Position numbers and translations under genes: made by a program. A model generated the notes under the pieces. The model was not told the origin of the DNA and made no database searches. It saw only the letters and a program-made list of their open reading frames with translations. Of a stretch of DNA of 64,000 bases, positions 1-11,680 are shown one piece after another. Origin of the DNA: Klebsormidium nitens (taxonomy: Eukaryota; Plantae; Klebsormidiophyceae). Position 1 is the stretch's first letter. The number at the start of each line of letters is the position of its first letter. The stretch is from contig DF237186.1 in assembly GCA_000708835.1 (NCBI GenBank), forward strand, positions 1 to 64,000, in the 5' to 3' direction.

Positions 1-1263
1 ATGCATGTCTTTTGTTATACGTCGGCCAGCCGCGTGCGGGCCTGAGCCTGAGGGTTATCATAACCGAGTGCGGCTAGGCGGCCGCGCATGCGCGCCTCTT
101 AGGAGGCGCGGCCGAAGTTTGCCGCGTGCATACAGCCTATCCCGAGCAATGTCCTGGCTTTTAGTGTCATCAATAGCAGACTGACTAAGTCAAATTAGAT
201 TACCCACTAGGTTTAGGAGGTTCCTCGGGAGAGCTGCTTGCGGTCAGGTGGGCGATCAACTTCGGTACCAGGTGCTGTTGATGTCGATCAGTCATCAGAG
301 CAAGAATCCTGCTCTGCGGGCAGACATGAAGTTTTGCAGGCGGACGGTCAGACCAAATCAAGGCTTGATAATGCGCGCGTGCTGCAGGGGTTCGTCGTGC
401 CTAATCATACTGGTTATATAAAGAGCTGGGCAAGAATGCAAATGAGGTGCATGCGGTCCAGCCATGGGCAGAGCGCCTTGTTCACGTGCCGTTATAGAAT
501 ATAGACTCGTCTAAAATGCACATGTGCCGCTACGCGCTGCAATACGTACGGATATCCAGAACGGACGGTCATGCACTGAACATGCATGCGCGCAGAAAGT
601 GCGATTCCCAGGCACATGCTCGCGAGCTATCTCTGATCGTGCAGATTAGTTGAATCTCAACTTCAATTGCTGACATGAGATCATACGCACTCATGTTTAC
701 ATGCTTCGCAACAGGTAGTCGGAAGAATATACATCAATCGATGGCAGAGCCGGATTGAAGCAATCTCACAACCTGCGGTCCCCAATAGGTAGTAAGAACG
801 TTTTTGTCTTAAAAGAGAGTCAGATGCACCATGGTCCGTCTTCCAAGCTTGACGAGAGCAATGCCAGAACTCATTGTGTTGGCTAGCTATCATGATGCAT
901 GAGTGACCATAGCAAATCACATCACTTATCAAGCAACACAGTACGAAGCAAGCGTAAGGGGTTTGCTATAGCAGCATGTATCAGTTCACGCAGTTTGAAT
1001 TATGCATTGCATGAACCTCTGTTCATGCATCTATACACAGAGTCCTGATGAAATGGTAGCAAGTATGCTAAATGTGCACATAAACAACCCGACATCGGAG
1101 TTCCAGGTAGCTTGATGTCGGTCATAAGTGTTGCATCGGAAAAGTCATGCACTGAGCACTTGAAACATTAAGTCAGACACCGGGTCGAACGTTACAGGCG
1201 CATGCATTCAGAAACATTCGCAATGAAAGGAACGGCAGATCAAGGTGTCCAATCGTCTTACAC

Positions 1264-4200
1264 TCAGTCCTCCCATACATCGGCGAGTTCGTCCGGTTGC
1301 AGCGGGTTCGCTGCGAGGTGCGTTTTCCGCCGTTGCTTGGCCTTCACCTTCTTGACGTACTTGCCAGCCTTGGCCTTCTTCTCGTTCGATCTCAGCTGCA
1401 GCCAACAGGCGGACACGTGTCAACAATTCAGAGGCACTCGATCCGTGATAGCTTTCGAAAGAATCTGCATGGAATTGGACACGGATACAGTCCATGCAAT
1501 CGAGAAGCCGGGTTCGCGCTGTATGCCCGCAAAGACGACACAATGACACGCGCCGATTCCAGCAGACAATATCAAGACCCAACATTTGGGCGATACACAT
1601 TTTCTGCACTTTGACATGTGGTTGCACTCGATCATTTTCGGCGGGGAACGCGAAGACATGGGCAGTCTGGAAGAAACTCCAAAAAGCTCCGTTTCGGATT
1701 GGGGTTCGGGAATACGAACCAGATTGGGTGAGACGTAGTCCGGGTTCTCGTACAGCGTCGCCCCCGCGAAGCTGTTTGAGAACATCTTGATCGGGTTCAG
1801 CACGAAGCGGGGACCGACCTGGAAACAGATGGAAGAAGTCAGAAACGCTTCGATCCGGGATGGTTTACATCCTGAAATAATGGAGAAGAAAGGCCCTGAC
1901 AGTGTGCGAATCAGTTGTAAGAATCTCGGAAATTCATGCTCGAGAAACTGGAGGAATACAGTAGAGGTACGGTGCGCAGAAAAGACAGTATGTTTCCATG
2001 AGAACAGCCGGATACTCACACAAGGTTTCCGAGCATTGACGGACTGGATTTAAGCAAGAAGGCGGGCCGCCAAGGTAATGCTTGACAAAAGCGCGCAAAA
2101 GAAGTGCGCTCAAAGCCCTTGAAAGTTACGCACTGGCGAGAGCAGCAGTGAAATAGGCGCCGACCACTTTCGAAGCCGGCCCCGCCGTGCTTTGCTTACG
2201 TCACGCCAGTTTTAGGAGGGCGCACGCAAGCGTTTTCCAGGCTTCTTCCCGGTGGAATGATGTAGTTTCGGAGAGAGCTCTCGTGTATTCACTGATGACC
2301 TCTGTGATGGATATCGTGCTCCCCTTAGCAAACAATTCTTGTCAAGAATAACTTTGGGTAACAGCAACTCTTGACGTCACGCCCAGCTTCCAAGAAGAGC
2401 GCGCCCTCACCTTGAGAGGGGTCACCTTCTCAGGTCGACTCTGCTCGACGCCTGTGGATTCCGCAAGCCTTGCAGAATCTAAGTGACGCAAAAAGGTGAC
2501 TCGAGCGATGACGTCATGCCTGCTTACTTCAATCGACGTCCTTACGACGATCGTCGAAACTCCGCACGGGCATGGGGACTTCAAACCTTGTGGACCGAGC
2601 AAAAGCTGAGGCCGTACAGGATGACGTCAAAGATCGATGTCGAGCCCGCTCACATCAACGAGCGCCATCTTCTCCAGCGCCGCCTTGTCGAGCTTCCCGA
2701 GCGGCGCGGGAACCGCAGTTTTGCAGTTCCCAAGAAATCAAAAGGTCAAAGACGACGTCAGATCATGTCAAGAGGTGACGTGTGCTCACCTCGATGAGCG
2801 TCATCTTCTCCAGCGCCGCCTTGTCGAGCTTCCCGAGCGGCGCGGGGACCGCAATCTGGTAGTTGCGGAACCAGATGCGGCCGTCCAGCACCGAGAACGC
2901 GAACACGTGGTCCACGAATGGCTTCACCTTGCGGTGCTCCTTCGGCGTGCCGAATATCTGTGGGGTCGGAAGTAAAGGTTTACGAGGTTATTCCGGAATA
3001 TAGGGTGTTTTGGAACCTCAAACCTTTGAGTTTGTGGGAGGGGTACGAAGTAAAAAACGTGATGTGCAAACGGCTTCACCTTTCAGTGCTCCCTTAGGGC
3101 CAGTTATACGAAAAATAAGTGGTTCAAAGTTTTTGGGGTTTGCCGTTAAGGTATCAGGGCAGACGAGTGATATACGAACGGCTTCACCTTGCAATACGCT
3201 CTACGCAAGCCGAATGCTCGCAAGCAGTGGGGTAGTGGTTGCGTTGAGGGTCTTCACCTCGATTGTTGAACAAACTTCAGATTTGAAGGGACAGGTCTAC
3301 AACAATCACCCCCACAAGCGAGAAGGATAATGAAAGTCGACGAGCCTTCACTTGCGGTGCTCGTCGGGCGGACTGAACATCCACAGGCGCTGAGTCAATT
3401 CAACAACTTCAACTACGCCTGTCGCCTTTTCGCATATAAACATAGACAGAATCCGCTCCAACGGGGCGAAAAAGTCTAGGCAGGAGAACCGGCTAGGTGC
3501 GGAAATATTGAAAAGGCGACTCTTTCAACGGAGCACTCACTTGCGTGAGCAGCTCTTTGGTGACCTGCAGATGCGGCAGCTGGTCGAACTCGGCGGAGAA
3601 GGAGAGGACGGGGCGGGAGCCTTTCAGGTGGTTGCCCGTCAGCTTCAGCTCGTCCATGGTGTGCACTGCGAGACAAGCGGAATAGGTGTGAATACGGGGG
3701 CAAGAAAAGGTGTGAATACCGGCACTCGGAATGGTTGCCCGTCAGCTTCAGCTCGTCCATGGTGTGCACTGCGAAACATGCAAAATCGGTGTGAATACGG
3801 GGGCAAGAAAAGGTATGAATACGGGATTCGATGTTGGTACTCGGAATGGTTGCCCGTCAGCTTCAGCTCGTCCTTGGTGTGCACTGGGAAACACAGCGGA
3901 GTGGGTGTGAATACGGGGCAAGGACGGGTGTGAATGCGGGTTGATGTTGATGAATAAAAAGCGATTTCGAGCTTAAGCTTCGTTCGCAGTGTGCGCTGCA
4001 AATGAAACAAACCAACAGGGAGATTCGGAGAGCTGTTGATAAAGGAGACGTGAGGGGGAAACTGTTTTTGTGACGCCGGCATGGCCTCCTGCAGCGACTG
4101 CAATCATTACGTGCCTGACTCGAGAGCTGACTCGACAAGTAAGTCACGACAAGTAAGTCACGCCGCCTCTGGGTTTCCCACGAACGAAACCATTGATGCG

Positions 4201-6103
4201 TGGAGCACGCTTGCAAGGCCTACTGGACAGCCAAACGCTTCCTTCATGGCGAACTTGACCTTAGTTACAAGACTGAATCTTCAATCCAACCTCGTAAGTC
4301 TGCGGAATCTCGGTGATTTTTCAGCAACACACGGCGTCTCTCATGATTTCGATGTTGATGCAAGCCACATGTTGCAGGCGTCCAAAGGGGAGAGCGGAAT
4401 TGACAACAGGGGCTTTTTGAGCCCATCTCGAGCTCTGAGAACGTGAGCAAAGTAGATAACGTACCTCCAGCCACCAGGAACTTCGCCGAGGGCCCTGACG
4501 GCGTCTTTGCGAGCCACATGTAAAGATCTTTCTTCTTCCGACACTGCAGAAGAGCGAACCGATCTGGTCAGTGACTTTCAAGAGATGGATTGGCAGACAA
4601 GAGAGGGCGATATGAACCGATTCTGCCGGTATCCGAGCATCCTCACCGAGCATCCCACAAACGCCGGGAATGTCGACCAGGCAAAAACCAAATCTAGCAG
4701 ATTGTCAGGAGCAGAACACTTTTGGCAAGTTGAATACTGATCAGTCCTGCCTCTAAAACCCGTCGCATCTCTCCCCAAAAACGCGCCTTTCATTGCCCAA
4801 TGGGCTATCCCCACTGATAAAGAGAGCCCAGAACAGGTTCGCGAAAATACCATCAGAGTAGGTCTCGAACGATTGGAAACAACGACAACATTCCCAACCC
4901 TCCAATGTGTGCCTGAAAGGCACCTCATCAACTCTCGAATCTTGCCCCACAACAGGTCAGCTGCCCCCCAAAGATCATTCATTGCCGTAGGTGTCGCTTT
5001 GTATCAATCGAGAGTTTCAGTCGTAAAGTAGAACAGTTGGAGGGCTTACCTCAAAGAAGAGGCAGCTGGTACAGCCTTTTAAGTCGGCGAGCTCGTTAAG
5101 CGTGGTCTTGTTGTTCTTGGACTCGACTTTTACGTCCTTCTTGCTGTGGGGAAGCAGCTCGAGCATGTCTGTCATCAAATGCCGGTACCTGTAAGCGCCC
5201 ACAGTTGGATTCGAAACTGGATGCGATTGGTTTGATGCGTCCGATTGAGTCTGGCAACTATGTTTGACCAAGAAAGGGGAAAAGAAGGACTCGAATAATG
5301 TGTTAGGCTGGCAAAGTTCATGCTTGACTTAGATCACCAGGACTGAGGGTTGACAAGTTGACAACAGCAACCAGGTTTGAACCTGACCGGGGTTAGATTG
5401 ACGGAGTTCGGAGATGGACTTAGGCCAAACGAGTAAAGCTAAGTCTACATTCAGTTCTCTGCAATCAGCGCCGTTTCTATTTTAGAAATGGTGGTGTCAC
5501 CCTCTTCTTCATACTGCGAACATCATACGGTACGCAGCATCTGCACCTGCCCAATGCTTATCAGTTGCACCACCCATTTGAAAGTCCATGTAGTGGCACA
5601 TTTATTATACACACAACCAATCAAGGGCCGCCACACTTTCATCAGATACATATACAGAGGTTCAAAAACTAACGGAAGCGGCCGCGAGAAGGAAACATTG
5701 ATTCTCCCTGAGAAGTCGTGCCACAACAATCAATCGGTATGCTCCACAACCGGAGGTGGTTAGACAACGCAGACGGACATGTCTTCCTGCCACTACTCTC
5801 TTACACCACCACAAGTGCTGCCGCATGCGCAACTCTAAAAGCAAGCATTCCCTTCACCCGCGCGCGCATAAGCGCATACAATAAACCAGAACGATATTTC
5901 CTTTGTGCCCACCTATACGTGATGCCCCTCGAACACAGTACGAGCACCTTCTCTTTATTTCTAAAGACATCCTTGGCGGCCCCATTGCCCGCTTCTACCA
6001 CCGCTGCCGGTGCCTTCTCCCCGGCTGGTTCAGCTTTGGACTTTTTTGCCCCGCTCTGTTTCAGAGCAACCTCGTCAGCGCCAACCTTCCTCTTCTTCCC
6101 CAT
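1264..6103 (-). CDS. BRX1: Ribosome biogenesis protein BRX1 (Brix domain), 7 exons
   Basis: Manual splice model with GT-AG sites, exons 6103-5913, 5188-5050, 4543-4465, 3665-3541, 2957-2790, 1818-1720, 1395-1264. Translation includes FRNKEKVLVLCSRGITYR, YRHLMTDMLELLPHSKKD, VHTMDELKLTGNHLKGSRP, IFGTPKEHRKVKPFVDHVF..IWFRNYQI, VGPRFVLNPIK..LYENPDYVSPN and C-terminal KKAKAGKYVKKVKAKQRRKTHLAANPLQPDELADVWED, matching plant BRX1 as I recall it. Confidence 0.95.
3630..3935 (-). repeat. Tandem splice-junction duplication (3 units of ~103-115 bp) spanning the BRX1 intron 3/exon 4 acceptor
   Basis: GGTTGCCCGTCAGCTTCAGCTCGTCCATGGTGTGCACTG occurs at 3630 (true exon), 3733 (identical) and 3848 (1 mismatch). 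Each copy is followed by related intronic GGTGTGAATAC(G/C)GG sequence. Confidence 0.93.
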
Positions 6104-6440
6104 TGCTGCTGAAAGGTTGATGCGATGTACCGAGTGAAGCTTTGCCGCCAATGTGGTAAACCACCACTGACTTGAAAAGTACCACCACTCAATGCTTTGT
6201 GAAAGTTGGAAAAACTCAAGGAGACGACTGGTGTGCAAACTTAGAACAAGTGAATTGAGAGCCTGAGATGGGCCAAGTTGTCTTGGAGCAGCTCTGAGCT
6301 AGGACTAGGGCCAAGGATCATGCTTCGTTCAACAGATCATGCTTTGGTAACAGATGGCTTTGCAAACTAGAGGCTTGGTTCCCTCATACCATTAACGCTC
6401 AGTATTGAAGTTTGACAGGGTGACCGTTTGCAAGAGCCTA

Positions 6441-6572
6441 AAATCATAAGAACACTTTAACAACCAATCACAGATCCAGGATTGTCAGTTCCGTTCAATC
6501 TCAACCTTCCGATAGGGGTGTTGGGGGGCGCCCGGACGGTTGCAAAGTGCTCCTGGTGTGCCGAAAACGCCG
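6441..6572. repeat. Split direct repeat B2 (terminal copy)
   Basis: AAATCATAAGAACACTTTAA...CCGAAAACGCCG is nearly identical to 7649-7778 (one substitution, one 2-nt indel). Confidence 0.95.
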
Positions 6573-6958
6573 GGTAAGGCATAGGGGCACCGGAGGTTTG
6601 CGTATGACGTCCGGGACAGTGCGGCGACCTGCAGGGGTTGCATTACCGGGAAGGTCGCCGCGGACCGAAGGTTGAAATTTTGCGGTTCTGACCGGGGGGG
6701 ACACAGATCGACGGTTGTGAGCAGTCGATCGAAGAAGTCAGGGTTTGGGGGTTTTTGAGTGACGCGCGATGAGCGGTGGGGCCGAGCTCTGGCGAGTAGG
6801 AAGCAAAGGGAGGTCTGCATTACAAAAGGTGCCTGCGGTAATGGAGGTCGCGTTAGGGGGCAGTGGGCCGGAAGCGGCCACTGACAGGTGAGATTTCTGT
6901 CTTAAGTGTCTTTAGCTTGTCTTTAGGGTGGGTGGGCTGGGTCGAAGCGGAGCTTCTC

Positions 6959-7645
6959 GAACGAAGCGCTCAACAGCAGAGGAGGCGCCACGGGCGCTTT
7001 CCTTCTTCGCAGACCTGAAAGAGTGCAACATCTTTCTACTTTTGAACAAGACGTCTAGATGCACAGAGTGAGTCAGCAGGGGCAGTGTGACGGTTGGACG
7101 GGTTTCAACGCTGCCCGTCTGCTAGACATGTGCGGAATCCATGCCCAGCTTTTCAGCCCAACTTAGGTTCACCTTCAGCAAGAGCGCCTCTCAGAAAAAT
7201 TGTTGCTCTCTTGCCTTCTTCCCAAGTTCTTTCTTTTCTCTGATCAGTTAGGACTCACGAAGAGGCTCCATGTTCAGATTTTGGGAAGTCTCTAGACTCG
7301 CCCCNNNNNNNNNNNNNNNNNNNNAGAACGCCGTATATCAACGGTCTCACAGCGCGCCGTTAAGACGTAACCGCTGTCGTTTCGCTAACAAGCAGCTAAC
7401 GAAATCCTGACGAGAACGAGGTTAGGCTTAACCAGACGTAATCGTCACAGGCAGCTTCGGCAGCTCAGCTGGGCGCGCACGCGCGCGGCACTCGCGCTTA
7501 GGCGGCGGGCGGCCGCGGGCTGGGCCCGGTTGTCTGCGCCCGGTGCTTATGTCAGGCGCCACATTCCGGGCTTAAATTGCTTGTGTTATCTAACGGACTT
7601 AGCTGAATTCACTGCGCATCGTAGAGCAGGCGAGTATTCCGATGA
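6959..7645. repeat. Split direct repeat A2 (internal copy, interrupted at 7086-7449)
   Basis: 6959-7085 plus 7455-7645 together reconstitute 13964-14283, with about 5 differences. Confidence 0.93.
7086..7449. mobile_element. Nested LTR-type insertion (solo LTR or gap-collapsed LTR retrotransposon)
   Basis: Starts TGTGACGGTT and ends AATCGTCACA (9/10 inverted match, TG...CA). Flanked by a GGCAG duplication (7081-7085, 7450-7454); the uninterrupted A1 copy has a single GGCAG. Contains a 20-N assembly gap at 7305-7324. Confidence 0.85.
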
Positions 7646-7648
7646 CTA

Positions 7649-7778
7649 AAATCATAAGAACACTTTAATAACCAATCACAGATCCAGGATTGTCAGTTCC
7701 GTTCAATCAACCTTCCGATAGGGGTGTTGGGGGGCGCCCGGACGGTTGCAAAGTGCTCCTGGTGTGCCGAAAACGCCG
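7649..7778. repeat. Split direct repeat B1 (internal copy)
   Basis: Near-identical to 6441-6572 and directly abuts A2 through CTA. Confidence 0.95.
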
Positions 7779-7825
7779 CCCCAAAAAGACAATCGTTTGC
7801 CAAACGACAATTATAGGAGATAACA

Positions 7826-8968
7826 GTGGATTGTGAGTGCAGGTTGGACTTTCAACGAAGCTGCGAAGAACAGTTGCGGATTGTTAGAGGGGTTGGGCTG
7901 GGTGGGAGCTGCACAGCAGGGGATCGGATGAGTTCGGAGCAGACGCGACGCTTTTACGAGGGGGCGCTCGCTAGCTTTGGAAAGATAGCGGAAAAGAGTG
8001 TGAATGAGGCCAGTAACAATAGCCGAAAGCGAACGTTCCAGCAATTTCAGGGTTTCTTGGCGCAAAATGCCTTTGGCATCACCGTTGAGACTGCCACGCC
8101 TGCAGATGTAGGGGCGTTTATTGTTGGGGATTGGATCCCCAGTCATAGTGCCGGCTGCCGTACTAAGCTGCCGCAAACTGGAGAGTGCATTCCGTCGGTC
8201 TCCGCGGTGACTCATGTGGTGAAAGATTTAGCTAAGTCGTACGCTTTGCTCGGCTACGAAGGCCGGAGTAACCCTGCCAAATCCGAAGTGGTTAAATCAT
8301 TTCGGGTGGGTTACGAAAAGATGCTGCACGAGCAGGGCGTGAAGGTGAAACGGGCGAAAGTGTTTACCGAAGAGAAGTTGGACGCCCTGCTGGCGCACCT
8401 TGCGCGACTGATCCAGGCGAGCGGCCCGGGTTTAGAGAGATGCGTGCTGCTCACCGACCAGGCGGCCGTGTTATACCTTTGGGAGTCCCGTGCCCGCGAG
8501 AAGGACTGCGGACAGCTGCAGCGACAACAAGTCAAACTGGGGGAGCAGGCGGCCTACCCGGGTTGGAGCAAGACCGTCCGGCAAGAACCGAGCGCGCGCA
8601 TCCCGCTCGCGGTGCCGGTTCCGGAAGGGCGCCTGGCGTTTGTGGAAGCCGCCGTCCAGCTGCTGCACGGGATGGAGGAAGGGGGCTTTCCCGTTGGCGA
8701 GGATGGTTTCCTATTTCGCGCCATGAATCGGAGTCGCACCGGCTTCGTCAATGAGCCGATGAGCAGCGATACGCTGAGGAAGCGGATACAAAAACGGCTT
8801 AAGGACGCTGGTCTGTTCGAGGGGGAGACCGTACACAGCTTCCGGCGTTCGGCCGTCCAGCATGCTGCAGTAAATCTGAATTACAACGTGAAGGAGTTAA
8901 TGGATTTAGGACGTTGGAAAAGCTATGCCGCTTTCCGGTTGTACGTAGAAGAAGTTTGGCGAAAGTGA
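7826..8968 (+). CDS. Tyrosine recombinase/integrase of the retroelement
   Basis: 380-aa open ORF with candidate catalytic residues R (WESRAR), K (WSKT), HxxR (HSFRR), W (GRW) and Y (FRLYV). The true start codon is uncertain (GTG at 7826 or ATG at 7928). Confidence 0.9.
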   Translation: MDCECRLDFQRSCEEQLRIVRGVGLGGSCTAGDRMSSEQTRRFYEGALASFGKIAEKSVNEASNNSRKRTFQQFQGFLAQNAFGITVETATPADVGAFIVGDWIPSHSAGCRTKLPQTGECIPSVSAVTHVVKDLAKSYALLGYEGRSNPAKSEVVKSFRVGYEKMLHEQGVKVKRAKVFTEEKLDALLAHLARLIQASGPGLERCVLLTDQAAVLYLWESRAREKDCGQLQRQQVKLGEQAAYPGWSKTVRQEPSARIPLAVPVPEGRLAFVEAAVQLLHGMEEGGFPVGEDGFLFRAMNRSRTGFVNEPMSSDTLRKRIQKRLKDAGLFEGETVHSFRRSAVQHAAVNLNYNVKELMDLGRWKSYAAFRLYVEEVWRK

Positions 8969-9274
8969 CCTTGATTAGACTGATTGCCTGTGCGCTGACG
9001 TTCTTCCGGTTGAGGCCGACCTCAGATTTTAATCAACTCGAACATTGCAACGGCTGTTAATGTTTCATACACAGACCTTTATCCACATGACTCTGCGCTT
9101 CTCGCCATAGGCGTGTCTGGCTGTGTCTATCATAAGCGCCCACTAATGACGCATGGGTCCTGCATCTCGTGCTTGCCTTTAATGTTGTATGCACTTGTCA
9201 CTCAGAAGCACGGCGCTACATCATTAATCCTTTACGGCGCACATAGTGTGAATCCCCGCCTTTTCTAGCCTACC

Positions 9275-11680
9275 TTACTTCCAATTAATCTTAAACACTC
9301 GAAGCTTATATAATGCTGGATTGACCGTTCCAGCCGGCACCCGCCTGCTAGGGATGCACGCATCTGTAGACCGCTCGATGGCCAGAGGCCCTGCCATGAC
9401 CGCGCCGCTGCCTAAACTCATCAGCTCGACCCACCAGTTTGTGGTGGTCGCTTCCGGAACCACTAGAATTGCGTCCGTCCTGAAGTTTCGCAACGACTGC
9501 AACACGCTAGGAATGGCCCTAACTGGCGGGAATATCCACGCCGTTTCGCCTTGCTTAACTAGCGTCCTCCAATCCGTCCGGAGAGCGTCGACTGCAAGGC
9601 AGCCTGGCATATAGCGGGGGGTCACAAACCGCCCCGCCACATGCCACGTGTCAGAAGCAAAGAGGTCGACGTCCGGCCGACCGAAGAGCGAGATGACGTC
9701 AGCGAAAACCTTGGGGGTTAGGCCCCAGTCCGACGCGTCGGGGACTCGGCTAAGGGCGTCCTGTTCTGCCAGCTCTATCCGTGGTTTCCACTGGGCTAAA
9801 ACGTCGAAGTCCGCTTCTGAGCAAAGCTTGAAGATCCCTTGCAGAGCGGCGTTGACGTCGGACGCCGAGCTCCTGAAGTTGTTAACGGCCGCCACCGCTC
9901 CTTGGTTGTCGCCGACCAACAAAACGGCTGCCCCCGAGAGAAGAGGACGGTGGCGTTGCACTGCTTGCTGTAGAATTCGGAGAAACCCAATCATTTCGCG
10001 CGCGGTGCTGGATTGGTGGACCTCCGTCTCGGTTAAGGACCCCGCTAAGTGGAAAGGGGGGCTGCCGGCAATGTAGAAGGATCCCCCGAAGCCGAAGTCC
10101 GAGGCGTCCGAAGCTGCCTCGATCCGGATCTGACGTGGAAACCATCGCCGTCCGTTCCAGTCGTCCAGGCGCTCCAGGAAAAGCTTGGCCGCGTCCTTGG
10201 CCGCTTGTGGGGTAGCGAAAATCGCGTCCCACGAAATGCGACCTTGCATCGCCTGGAAAAGGGGCCTGCTGTACAAGGAAGCGGGGAGCACCGCGGGTCC
10301 TAGCGCGATAATCTTCCCCGCTACTTTGGCAAGAATCCGGGGGCTGACTTCCTTTGCCCCTAGAAGCTCCCCTAAGGCCGCTTTCACCTTAGTCATCTTG
10401 GCTGTTGAGACCCGAAACTGCTCCGCCTGCGTGTCTACCACGAACCCGAGCCAGTCGCCCGTTTGGACTGGCCAGAACTGGCACTTTGGCAGACTGAAAA
10501 CTGCCCCAAGGAGGGTGAGGAAGCGAACAATCGCCACGATGAGCCAAAGGCAGAGGGCGAAGTCCTGGTTGGCCGTCAGGCCATCATCTAGATAACTGGA
10601 AACGGGGACACCCCGGGTTCTGAGCTCTTTGGCCGCTTCTTGGGTTATAAGCGTATACGCATAGCAGGCTTCGGACCACCCGAAGCACATCGCGTTGTAG
10701 TAGAAGTAGGCGGTGCCGATCTTGAAGCCGAAGTAGGTCCGAAAGCGGGGGTGAATGAGGACGTGGTAGTAGCCGGCTTTGAAGTCCCACGTGGCAAAAA
10801 AGCCTTTGGACGAGAGGAAGGTGAGGATGTCGCGGAGCGTTTCGTACTTGAACGGGTGCGCTTTCGAGAAAGCGTTGATGTAGCCGGCATCCAGGACGAG
10901 GCGTCCCTTGGGGAGGTTTACTACGCCCAAGGGGTTTACGACTTTTGGTTTTCTTTCACCCGCCGCGCAGAGGTGAACGGAGCCGTTGACGAGCATCTCC
11001 CCCACTGTTTCGAGAGCAAACTCCGAATTCTCGTAAAACGAGCGGTGGTTGGGAAATTCCACCGGGTGAGGCACTTCTCCCGAGAGCCACTCCTCAACTC
11101 TTGAAACGCCCACCGTTCGCCTGAGCATAAGCCGAACCCGCTCTAACTTTTTAGGGTCGCACTCTGCCGTTCCCACGAAGGACGGCTTGATGCCGTTCCG
11201 CAGCCAGGACAACACCGTCTTGGAGGACGGCCTTGTGGAATCCTTCAGAAGCTCTTCCCAAATCGGAAGGTGGCGGCCGAAGCAGCCCGCCACGAAACTC
11301 TCTACCGGATTCACTTTGGTTACAACGGATTTGATCCACTCTGTCAGCTCGCCTTCCCGCAGCGGGCTTATCTCAGGCCCCGCTTCGATTTCCATCAGAA
11401 GCTCCCTCAATTCCCGGACAAGCTGCTCGTTATTCGGCGTCGGCGGGATCCGAGGAATGAACTGGGCGAAAAATTTAACATCCCACTCCAACAGATCAGA
11501 AGCGTTAGCGGGGCTGCCTAACGGATCTGCTTCGAGGTCTATCTCTACAGACGACGGCTCGAACGAGCTAGCAGCGTCTACGTCGAGCCCAACATCCGGG
11601 GAAACCTCCGGTAATTCGCTCGCTTGTTCCAGCCTGGCCGGGGGATCCCCTCCGGGCAGCGCGGCCGCCGCCGCCGCCAT
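9275..11680 (-). CDS. Pol: reverse transcriptase + RNase H + DIRS-type methyltransferase-like domain
   Basis: 801-aa intact ORF. RT motifs WDFKAGYYHV, YYNAMCFGW, YLDDGL. RNase H motifs SDASDFGFGG, SSTAREM, GDNQGAV, QDALSR. C-terminal PDVDLFAS...DAL..W...WIFPP...ILVVP...WW motif pattern of the DIRS MT-like domain. Confidence 0.95.
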   Translation of the reverse strand: MAAAAAALPGGDPPARLEQASELPEVSPDVGLDVDAASSFEPSSVEIDLEADPLGSPANASDLLEWDVKFFAQFIPRIPPTPNNEQLVRELRELLMEIEAGPEISPLREGELTEWIKSVVTKVNPVESFVAGCFGRHLPIWEELLKDSTRPSSKTVLSWLRNGIKPSFVGTAECDPKKLERVRLMLRRTVGVSRVEEWLSGEVPHPVEFPNHRSFYENSEFALETVGEMLVNGSVHLCAAGERKPKVVNPLGVVNLPKGRLVLDAGYINAFSKAHPFKYETLRDILTFLSSKGFFATWDFKAGYYHVLIHPRFRTYFGFKIGTAYFYYNAMCFGWSEACYAYTLITQEAAKELRTRGVPVSSYLDDGLTANQDFALCLWLIVAIVRFLTLLGAVFSLPKCQFWPVQTGDWLGFVVDTQAEQFRVSTAKMTKVKAALGELLGAKEVSPRILAKVAGKIIALGPAVLPASLYSRPLFQAMQGRISWDAIFATPQAAKDAAKLFLERLDDWNGRRWFPRQIRIEAASDASDFGFGGSFYIAGSPPFHLAGSLTETEVHQSSTAREMIGFLRILQQAVQRHRPLLSGAAVLLVGDNQGAVAAVNNFRSSASDVNAALQGIFKLCSEADFDVLAQWKPRIELAEQDALSRVPDASDWGLTPKVFADVISLFGRPDVDLFASDTWHVAGRFVTPRYMPGCLAVDALRTDWRTLVKQGETAWIFPPVRAIPSVLQSLRNFRTDAILVVPEATTTNWWVELMSLGSGAVMAGPLAIERSTDACIPSRRVPAGTVNPALYKLRVFKINWK

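Noticed and set aside
3630-3935. CRISPR-like repeat/spacer appearance (also at 31232-31645 and 32360-32700)
   Set aside because: The repeats are copies of adjacent exon starts in a eukaryotic intron, the intervening sequences are related to each other, and there are no cas genes.
7826-8968. Prophage or bacterial integrase contamination
   Set aside because: The gene lies within split direct repeats next to a DIRS-type RT/RNaseH, and the flanks are intron-rich eukaryotic genes.
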